Positions 19,926-27,125 of a DNA stretch of 64,000 nucleotides are shown here, piece by piece. The translations under genes were made by a program, and so were the position numbers. The stretch's first letter is position 1, and every line of letters begins with the position of its first letter. The DNA is taken from assembly GCA_036555065.1 (NCBI GenBank), contig DATBLZ010000081.1:9504-73503 (forward strand), in the 5' to 3' direction. The notes beneath the pieces were generated by a model. The model was not told where the DNA came from. It searched no databases and saw only the letters and a list, made by a program, of their open reading frames with translations. The stretch comes from Gammaproteobacteria bacterium. Its GTDB lineage: Bacteria; Pseudomonadota; Gammaproteobacteria; Steroidobacterales; Rariloculaceae.

Positions 19926-20351
19926 ATGAGAGCAGCAGTCAAACAGCGTGGCTTCACGCTCATCGAATTGGTAGTCGTGATCACGATCCTCGGAATTCTC
20001 GCGGCATTCGCGATTCCGCGGTTCGCGTCGCTGCAGCGCGAGGCGCGCGTCGCGGCGACCGAAGCGCTCGGCGGCAGCGTGCGATCGGGCTCCGCGTTGG
20101 TGCATTCGGTTTGGCTCGCGACCGGAGCCAACCCCGTCTCGATGGAAGGCACCAACGTCGCGGTTACGAACGGCTACCCGACGACCGCTTCGATTTTCGA
20201 CGTGCTTTCGGACTCGACGGGCTTCACGTTCGCCGCGGGCGTTTGGACCAAGACGGGCGCGACGACGCCGGCCAACTGCACGGTGACGTACACGCCTCCG
20301 CCGGCAGCGAATACTTCCCCGACCATCACTACGGTCACGACGGGCTGCTGA
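19926..20351 (+). CDS. mshA: MshA-type major pilin, copy 1 (type IVa prepilin)
   Basis: Leader MRAAVKQRG/FTLIELVVVITILGILAAFAIPRF and a C-terminal Cys pair (ANC...TTGC). The ATG at 19926 is preferred over the track start at 19884. Confidence 0.85.
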   Translation: MRAAVKQRGFTLIELVVVITILGILAAFAIPRFASLQREARVAATEALGGSVRSGSALVHSVWLATGANPVSMEGTNVAVTNGYPTTASIFDVLSDSTGFTFAAGVWTKTGATTPANCTVTYTPPPAANTSPTITTVTTGC

Positions 20352-20366
20352 GCGCCGCGAGCGCTA

Positions 20367-20382
20367 TGTGAACTGGTTCACA
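20367..20382 (+). promoter_or_regulatory. Perfect CRP/Clp-type binding box upstream of pilin copy 2
   Basis: TGTGA-ACTGGT-TCACA. Its centre is about 114 bp upstream of the ATG at 20488 and about 71 bp upstream of a TSS inferred from the conserved CAATAA (-10-like) and TCACAG (-35-like, 17-bp spacer) boxes. Confidence 0.5.
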
Positions 20383-20487
20383 GAGGCGCGCTCGAGCCGT
20401 GAGCGATCAATCACAGCATTTCGGGCGTTCTGTCAATAAGCTTTCGCGCAGGGATTTGGCGGTACTCACGTCATGGAGATGTCTGCA

Positions 20488-20913
20488 ATGAGAGCGGTAG
20501 TTAGACAGGGTGGCTTCACCCTCATCGAATTGGTGGTCGTGATCACGATCCTCGGAATTCTCGCGGCGTTCGCGATTCCGCGGTTCGCGTCGCTCCAGCG
20601 CGAGGCGCGCGTCGCGGCAACCGAAGCGCTAGGCGGCAGCGTGCGCTCGGGCTCCGCGTTGGCGCATGCGCTCTTTCTCGCGACCGGAGTCACCCCCGTC
20701 TCGATGGAAGGCACCAACGTCGCGATTACGAACGGCTACCCGACGACCGCTTCGATTTTCGACGTGCTTTCGGACTCGACGGGCTTCACGTTCGCCGCGG
20801 GCGTTTGGACCAAGACGGGCGCGACGACGCCGGCCAACTGCACCGTGACGTACGTGGCTCCCGCGGCGGCGGGAAATTCCCCGACGATAACCACGGTTAC
20901 GACGGGCTGTTAA
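20488..20913 (+). CDS. mshA: MshA-type major pilin, copy 2 (tandem paralog)
   Basis: Leader MRAVVRQGG/FTLIELVV. Same length as copy 1 and identical except for about a dozen clustered substitutions. The upstream ~110 bp is duplicated as well. Confidence 0.85.
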   Translation: MRAVVRQGGFTLIELVVVITILGILAAFAIPRFASLQREARVAATEALGGSVRSGSALAHALFLATGVTPVSMEGTNVAITNGYPTTASIFDVLSDSTGFTFAAGVWTKTGATTPANCTVTYVAPAAAGNSPTITTVTTGC

Positions 20914-20943
20914 GCACCGCTGGGCGCTTAAGTTCGCGATTCG

Positions 20944-20971
20944 GACGAAGGCGCCCTCGGGCGCCTTCGTC
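20944..20971 (+). terminator. Strong GC hairpin after the pilin genes (probable attenuator/terminator)
   Basis: GACGAAGGCGCC-CTCG-GGCGCCTTCGTC (12-bp stem), 31 nt after the pilin-2 stop. The trailing T tract is weak (GTCTCT), so termination may be partial. Confidence 0.5.
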
Positions 20972-20989
20972 GTCTCTGGGACAAGATAA

Positions 20990-21478
20990 ATGCCAAGCAT
21001 CGCGACACGCTCTTACCGCTCTCTGCACGGCTTCACGCTCGTCGAGCTCGTCGTCGTGATCGTGATCCTCGGCGTGCTCGCCGTCTTCGCGGTACCGCGA
21101 TTTTTCGACAACCGCGCGTTTGCGGCGCGCGGCTACTACGAAGAGCTCGCCGCGGCGCTCAAATTTGCGCAAAAAGTCGCGGTTGCGACCGGCTGCGCCG
21201 TGCGCGTGCAGGTCGATGCGGCCGGCTACTCGGCCGGCCAGCAGCAGGCCGCCGCAGGACGCTGCAACCCCGCCGACGCGACGTTCTCAACCGTCGTGAG
21301 GCTCGCCGACGGCAGCGCGCTCGTGGGTACCGTCCCGGCAGGCGTCACGGTCGCGCCCGCGGTGACGATCGTCTTCGACGCGCTCGGGCGCACGAATCTC
21401 GGCGCCGACCAAGCCATTACCATCGACACGTTCGCGCTGACCGTGCACGCCGGCAGCGGTTACGTTGCTGCGCCATGA
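20990..21478 (+). CDS. mshC: MshC-like minor pilin (GspH/FimT-type)
   Basis: Leader MPSIATRSYRSLHG/FTLVELVVVIVILGVLA followed by ARGYYEELAAALKFAQ, typical of GspH-like minor pilins. Confidence 0.7.
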   Translation: MPSIATRSYRSLHGFTLVELVVVIVILGVLAVFAVPRFFDNRAFAARGYYEELAAALKFAQKVAVATGCAVRVQVDAAGYSAGQQQAAAGRCNPADATFSTVVRLADGSALVGTVPAGVTVAPAVTIVFDALGRTNLGADQAITIDTFALTVHAGSGYVAAP

Positions 21479-21942
21479 TGCGCCGCGCCGTACAACGAGC
21501 CGAACGCGGCATGACGCTCGTCGAGACCGTCATCGCGATCGTCGTCGTCGCGATTGCCGTGAGCGCCGTTCTCGGCGTCCTCGCGGGCACCGCGCAGCAC
21601 AGCTCCGACGCCCTCGTCATGAGCCAGGCCGTCTCGATCGCCGAGGCCTACGTCGAGGAAATCTCTCTAAAGCCCTTTGCCGACCCCGACGGCACCGACG
21701 GCGAGGCCGCGCGCGCGGCCTTCGACGATGCCGACGACTACAACGGGCTCGTCGACAACGGCGCGTACGACCAATTCGGCAATCCCATCGCCGGCCTCGG
21801 CGGGTATACGATCACGGTCGCGGCCGTGCCGAGCGGCGTGCTGCCCGGCATCGGCGCTGCGGACGCGCTGCGCGTCGACGTCCGGGTCCGCTACGCTCCG
21901 TACGTCGATTACGTGCTGAGCGCGTACAAGACGAGGTTTTGA
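21475..21942 (+). CDS. mshD: MshD-like minor pilin (GspI-like)
   Basis: Leader ...AERG/MTLVETVIAIVVVAIAV. ATGA overlap with mshC. 155 aa. Confidence 0.7.
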   Translation: MMRRAVQRAERGMTLVETVIAIVVVAIAVSAVLGVLAGTAQHSSDALVMSQAVSIAEAYVEEISLKPFADPDGTDGEAARAAFDDADDYNGLVDNGAYDQFGNPIAGLGGYTITVAAVPSGVLPGIGAADALRVDVRVRYAPYVDYVLSAYKTRF

Positions 21943-21944
21943 GC

Positions 21945-22832
21945 GTGCGCGCGCAGCAACGCCGCCGGCTCGCACGGCGCTCACGTTTCCGAGGCTTCAC
22001 GCTCGTCGAGCTCATCGTCGCGATGAGCGCGAGCGTCGTCGTCGTCGCCTTCGTTGCGCTCTTCATGGCGCGGCCCGTCGCGGGATTCACGGATCAATCG
22101 CGCCGCGTGAAGCTCGTCGATGCGGCCGATACGGCATTGCGGCGCATGAGTCGCGACGTGCGCCGCGCGCTGCCGAACAGCATCCGTACGACAGTAAACG
22201 GCACGGTCGTTGCGCTCGAGCTCTTGGGCTCGATCGATGGCGCACGCTATCGCGCGCAACCCCCGGGGAGCGTGGATCAAATCCTCGATTTCACGGCCGC
22301 CGACGCGGCGTTCAACAGCATCGGGCCGTTCACGCAGGTGGCGAAGCCGTTCAGCTCGACGAACGCGTACCTCTCGATCTACAACGTCGGCGTCCCCGGC
22401 GCCGATGCATACGAGCTCGGCAACGTGATCACGCCGCCGGGCACGCGCATCGACATCGCGACCGATACGGTTGCCGGCGAAGACCGCGTGACGCTGACGC
22501 CGGGATACCGCTTCGCGTTCGAATCCCCGACGCAGCGGATGTTCCTCGTCGAGGGACCGATCAGCTACCTCTGCGACACGGGCGCGCGCACGTTGCGCCG
22601 TTATTCGGGTTACACGATCGCCGCGAGCCAAGCATCGCGCGACAGCGCGGCGGAGCTCATGGGCGCCGGCGCGACCGCGACGCTCATGGCCGACCGCGTC
22701 ACGGCTTGCGCGCTGACGTATTCGCCGGGCACGGCCGAGCGCTCCGGGCTCGTTTCGATGGAGCTCGTCATCGCCGAGCAGGGCGAGACGATCACGCTGC
22801 TCGCGCAGGCGCACGTGGACAACGTGCCATGA
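21945..22832 (+). CDS. mshO: MshO-like minor pilin (GspJ-like)
   Basis: The in-frame GTG at 21945 gives VRAQQRRRLARRSRFRG/FTLVELIVAMSA. The upstream part of track ORF 21465..22832 overlaps mshD in another frame and is rejected. Confidence 0.7.
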   Translation: MRAQQRRRLARRSRFRGFTLVELIVAMSASVVVVAFVALFMARPVAGFTDQSRRVKLVDAADTALRRMSRDVRRALPNSIRTTVNGTVVALELLGSIDGARYRAQPPGSVDQILDFTAADAAFNSIGPFTQVAKPFSSTNAYLSIYNVGVPGADAYELGNVITPPGTRIDIATDTVAGEDRVTLTPGYRFAFESPTQRMFLVEGPISYLCDTGARTLRRYSGYTIAASQASRDSAAELMGAGATATLMADRVTACALTYSPGTAERSGLVSMELVIAEQGETITLLAQAHVDNVP

Positions 22833-23248
22833 CACGCGCGCCGCGACGTTCACCACACCAACGGGGCGCGGCGCTCGTCGCGGCGATATTCCTGCTCGTC
22901 GTGCTCGCGGGCCTCGCCGTGTACGCCGTGCGCATCGGCGTCGTCCAGCAGCAAACCGTCACTGCGGCGATGCGGGCCGCGCAAGCCTTTCATGCGGCGA
23001 AATCCGGCATCGATTGGGGCGCGTACCGCGCCGTCAACGGCGGCTGGTGCGGCACGGCGACGCTGAACTTGACCGAGGCCGGCACGAGCGGTTTCGCGGT
23101 CACGGTGCAATGCGCCCAAACGGCGCACAGCGAAGCCGGCGCGCCGCTCAACGTCTACATCATCGACGTGCGCGCCGAGGCAGGGCTTTACGGCGGCCCC
23201 GATTACGTCTCGCGGCGTCTCCAAGCCAAGGTCACCGACGGAGCTTAA
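22829..23248 (+). CDS. mshP: MshP-like minor pilin (GspK-position protein)
   Basis: The ATG at 22829 overlaps the mshO stop. N-terminus QRGAALVAAIFLLVVLAGLAVYAV. 139 aa. Confidence 0.65.
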   Translation: MTRAPRRSPHQRGAALVAAIFLLVVLAGLAVYAVRIGVVQQQTVTAAMRAAQAFHAAKSGIDWGAYRAVNGGWCGTATLNLTEAGTSGFAVTVQCAQTAHSEAGAPLNVYIIDVRAEAGLYGGPDYVSRRLQAKVTDGA

Positions 23249-23252
23249 GCGC

Positions 23253-26200
23253 ATGTCGACGTCGAAAGCAGTCATCGCAGCGGCGCGCACGGCCGTCGTC
23301 GGGCTGCTTCTACTTGCGCATGCGCACGTCGAGGCCGCGCCCGGGGATACGCTCTTCTCCGCCAACTTGAACACGAACCTCAACGGTTGGACCGTGACGG
23401 CGAGCGGCGGCGCTGCGGGCGTCAGCAATCAGACCGCGAATCAGGGCAGCTCGATGTATTTGCGCTCCGGCGTCGTCAGCGTGGCGAGCGCGGCGATCAG
23501 CGCGAGCGTCGGCGGCGCGCGGCTCGACGTTTGGATACGGCGCGGCGCCGACAGCTTCAGCAACGCGCCCGAAGCCGGCGAAGACCTCGTCGTCGAGTAC
23601 CGCAATTCCGCCGGCACCTGGGTCGCCCTCGGGACTTTCGCGGGCGCCGGCACGGCCGGGCAGATCTATACGCCGAGCTACACGCTGCCCGGAGCGGCGC
23701 TGCACGCGAATCTCAGCGTTCGCTTTCGCTTGACCGCAGGCAATACCAATCAGGATTACTGGCACGTCGATGACGTGCTCGTCACCGAGCTCGCGGGCAC
23801 CGCGGTCTTGACGGGCCCAGGCACGTGCGACGACTTCGAGAACGGCCTCGGCGGCTGGACCATCGCCGTGACGGGCGCGCAAGCGAGCGCCGGCATTTCG
23901 GGGCAAACGGCGAACTCGCCGACGAGCTCGCTCTTCACCGAAGGCGGCGTCGTCTCGGTCACGAGCAACGCGATCGATCTCTCCACGTCCCTGCTCGTGA
24001 ACCTCGACGTTTGGGTGCGACGCGGCGACAACACCTTCAGCGGCCGGCCCGACAATGCCAATGAGAACCTCGTCGTCGAGTACCTCGCGAGCGGCGGCAC
24101 GTGGACGGCGCTCGAAACGTTCGTCGGCGGCAACCCCGCGGGCCAGATCTTCGCGCGCAGCTACAACTTGCCGGCCGCAGCGCTCCACGCGGGCTTTCAG
24201 ATTCGGTTCCGTCAAACCGGCGGCAGCGGCAACACCGACTACTGGCACGTCGACGACGTCTGTCTCGCCGGCACGACGCCGATCTCCTACAGTCTCGAGG
24301 AGAGCTCCTGGACGGGCGCCGCAGGCGAGGTGCTCGATGCGAGCCCGAACGCGCTCAACGGCACGGTTCGCGGCAGCGCCGTAAACGCCTCGACGTCGCC
24401 TGCGCTCACGGGCAATCCCGGCACGTGCAAGTACGGCGTCTTCGATGGAGTCGACGACTACGTCGAGATCGCGGATGCGCCCGCGCTCGACATTCCGTCC
24501 GAGCTCACGGTCACGGCCTGGATTTACATGCGGAGCCTCCCTGCGGAGCTGTACACGATCGTTTCCAAAGACACCAACTACGAGTTCCATATCGACAACC
24601 AGGGCCGCGTGTATTGGTGGTGGGAAGTCGCGAACTTCAGGACCACGGGATACTCGATCACGCTGAATCAGTGGCATCACATCGCGGTCACGTATCGTTC
24701 GGGTCTGCAAACCATCTACGTCGACGGCGTCTCGCGGGCGACGAACAACTACGTCGGCACGCTGCCGCAGAACGACCTGCCGATGTTCATCGGCACGGAC
24801 TGGAATTTCATCTCACGCGCGTTCGACGGTTACATCGACGAGGTCAACGTCATGCCTGTCGAGCTCACGCAGGCGCAAGTGCAATCGCTGATGAATCAAA
24901 GGCATCCGTGCGCGACCGTCGCGGCGCAGTTCACGCTGAATCACGACAATTTCGGCATACATTGCGTGCCCGAGACGATCACAGCGAACGTCGTCGACTC
25001 GAACACGGGAACGCCGCTCTTGAACTACAACGCGCCAGTGGAGCTCAACACGCAAAGCGGCCGCGGCACGTGGTCGCTTCTCACGGGTAGCGGCGTGCTG
25101 ACCGATGCGACGGCCAACGACGGCCTCGCGACGTACGCTTGGCCGCTCGGCGAATCGCAGGCGGTTTTCCGCCTCGCCTACACCGACGGGCCGCCGAGCC
25201 TCGACGTCGACGTCTACCAGGTCAGCAATCCCGGCATCCGCGACACCGATGCCGAAGGCAATCTCGTGTTCTCGGCGAGCGGCTTCACGTTGACCGCTGC
25301 GTCCCTGAGCAACCCGCCGCCGGGCGTGATCGCACCGTTCACGGCCGCGCAAACGGCCGCGGTGCCGTTCAACGTCTACATCGCCGCGTACGGGCAGACG
25401 CCGACGGATCCCGTCTGCGGCATTATCGAGAGTTACACGGGCAACCAGACTCTCAAGTTCTGGTCCGCGTACCAGAACCCGGCGACCGGGTTCCTACCGG
25501 TGACGATCAACGGCACGGCGATCGCGACGGCCGAGGGCTCGGCCACGGCCCAGCTTGTCGCGTTCACGAATGGTCAAGCTGCCGTCGCTGCGAAATACAA
25601 AGACGTCGGCTCCATGCAGATCCTCGTCAAGGACGACACGACCGTGAACGTCGCGCAATTACCGACGGGCATCCGCGGCGCGACCGCAGGCTTCGTCGTC
25701 CGGCCCGACGATTTCGTGCTCAGCAATATCCGGAACGCGGCCGGCACGATCGTGAACCCCGGCGCGAACGACGCAAACGGCCCGGTATTCATCGCGGCCG
25801 GGCTGCCGTTCCGCGCAACCGTGGTCGCGCTCGACGCCGAAAACGATCCGACGCCGAACTATGGCCGCGAAAGCATCCCGGAGAGCGTAGGCCTGACGCC
25901 GCAGATCGTCGCACCCGCGGGCGGCAATACTCCCCTCGTCACCGCGGCAGTCGGATTCACGGGATTCTCGGCCGGCAGCTCGACGGGCACGGATTTCGTT
26001 TGGCCCGAGGTCGGCATCATCGACGTCAGACCGCAGGTCCGCGACGGCGACTATCTCGGCGCCGGCGATGTCGTCGGCGGCGCGACGGTGCGCGTCGGCC
26101 GCTTCGTGCCGAGCCATTTCGCGCTCGCGCTCAACACGCCGATGCTCGCGACGGCCTGCACCGCGGGGCAGTTCACTTATTTGGGCCAGGGCTTCAACTA

Positions 26201-27050
26201 TCTCGTCGCGCCCGTGATCACCGCGACCGCGAAGGAAGCCGGAGGAGCGACGACCGTCAACTACACGAGCGCGTTCTTCAAGCTTGCGACGGGCACGTTG
26301 CAGAACCGCGCCTACACCGATCCTTCGGGCACGCTCGATCTCTCGGGCGTCCCGGCGCTCGACCCTGCGGTCCAAGACTTGGGCTCGGGTGTCGCGGCGT
26401 TGACCTTCTCGAGTGGCACGGGGCTCAAATACGTGCGCGGCGCTCCCGTGGCCCCGTTCGCAGCCCAGGTGCGGCTCTCGATCGACGTGCTCGACGCCGA
26501 CGGCGTCGCCGCGCTCGGCAACCCCGCCCTCTTCGGCGCAACGGGCGGCATGCTTTTCAACTCCGGCAACGAGATGCGTTACGGACGGTTGCGCTTCATC
26601 AATGCCGTGGGCTCGGAGCTCGTCAATCTCCCCGTGCCGCTCGGCGCCGAGCACTACGCGGGCGCCGCGAACGGGTTCGTAGCGAACATCGATGACAGTT
26701 GCACAACGGGCGTCGCGCTCGCGCTCGGCGCGTTCACGGAGAACCTCGCGCCCGGCGAGACGTGCGCGCTCGACAACGGCGCGCCCGGCGTCAGCGGAAC
26801 CGGCTGTGCGGCTCCTGCGCCCCTGCCGCTGCAGTTCCGCGCGCCGCCCACGGGCGGCGATTTCAATTTCGCGCTCGCGGCGCCCGGCGCCGGCAACACG
26901 GGCAGCGTCGTCATCACGAGCGTCGTGCCCGACTACCTACGATTCGATTGGAACGCGGCGAATCCCGGCAACGAGAATCCCGCGGGCCAGGCGGCTTTCG
27001 GCCTGTACAGCGGCGTGCCGCGACGCATCTACGTGCGCGAAATTTACTAA
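23253..27050 (+). CDS. mshQ: MshQ-like giant pilus-associated protein (two repeated N-terminal beta-sandwich modules + LamG-like domain + long C-terminal region)
   Basis: 1265 aa with signal peptide. Two homologous ~150-aa modules each end in YWHVDDV. A LamG-like segment follows (LTVTAWIYMRS...WHHIAVTYRSGLQTIYVDGV). It is the last gene of the msh order. Confidence 0.75.
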   Translation: MSTSKAVIAAARTAVVGLLLLAHAHVEAAPGDTLFSANLNTNLNGWTVTASGGAAGVSNQTANQGSSMYLRSGVVSVASAAISASVGGARLDVWIRRGADSFSNAPEAGEDLVVEYRNSAGTWVALGTFAGAGTAGQIYTPSYTLPGAALHANLSVRFRLTAGNTNQDYWHVDDVLVTELAGTAVLTGPGTCDDFENGLGGWTIAVTGAQASAGISGQTANSPTSSLFTEGGVVSVTSNAIDLSTSLLVNLDVWVRRGDNTFSGRPDNANENLVVEYLASGGTWTALETFVGGNPAGQIFARSYNLPAAALHAGFQIRFRQTGGSGNTDYWHVDDVCLAGTTPISYSLEESSWTGAAGEVLDASPNALNGTVRGSAVNASTSPALTGNPGTCKYGVFDGVDDYVEIADAPALDIPSELTVTAWIYMRSLPAELYTIVSKDTNYEFHIDNQGRVYWWWEVANFRTTGYSITLNQWHHIAVTYRSGLQTIYVDGVSRATNNYVGTLPQNDLPMFIGTDWNFISRAFDGYIDEVNVMPVELTQAQVQSLMNQRHPCATVAAQFTLNHDNFGIHCVPETITANVVDSNTGTPLLNYNAPVELNTQSGRGTWSLLTGSGVLTDATANDGLATYAWPLGESQAVFRLAYTDGPPSLDVDVYQVSNPGIRDTDAEGNLVFSASGFTLTAASLSNPPPGVIAPFTAAQTAAVPFNVYIAAYGQTPTDPVCGIIESYTGNQTLKFWSAYQNPATGFLPVTINGTAIATAEGSATAQLVAFTNGQAAVAAKYKDVGSMQILVKDDTTVNVAQLPTGIRGATAGFVVRPDDFVLSNIRNAAGTIVNPGANDANGPVFIAAGLPFRATVVALDAENDPTPNYGRESIPESVGLTPQIVAPAGGNTPLVTAAVGFTGFSAGSSTGTDFVWPEVGIIDVRPQVRDGDYLGAGDVVGGATVRVGRFVPSHFALALNTPMLATACTAGQFTYLGQGFNYLVAPVITATAKEAGGATTVNYTSAFFKLATGTLQNRAYTDPSGTLDLSGVPALDPAVQDLGSGVAALTFSSGTGLKYVRGAPVAPFAAQVRLSIDVLDADGVAALGNPALFGATGGMLFNSGNEMRYGRLRFINAVGSELVNLPVPLGAEHYAGAANGFVANIDDSCTTGVALALGAFTENLAPGETCALDNGAPGVSGTGCAAPAPLPLQFRAPPTGGDFNFALAAPGAGNTGSVVITSVVPDYLRFDWNAANPGNENPAGQAAFGLYSGVPRRIYVREIY

Positions 27051-27125
27051 ATCTGAGAAGCAGTCCCAGTCTCGCCGCTGCACCCGTAAATACCATTGCT
27101 GCATCGCTCCCCGCGTGGAGACGGC

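Noticed and set aside
21465-21944. Upstream part of the 455-aa ORF that would fuse extra sequence onto MshO.
   Set aside because: It overlaps mshD in another frame and is Arg-rich. The prepilin-like leader appears only after the in-frame GTG at 21945.
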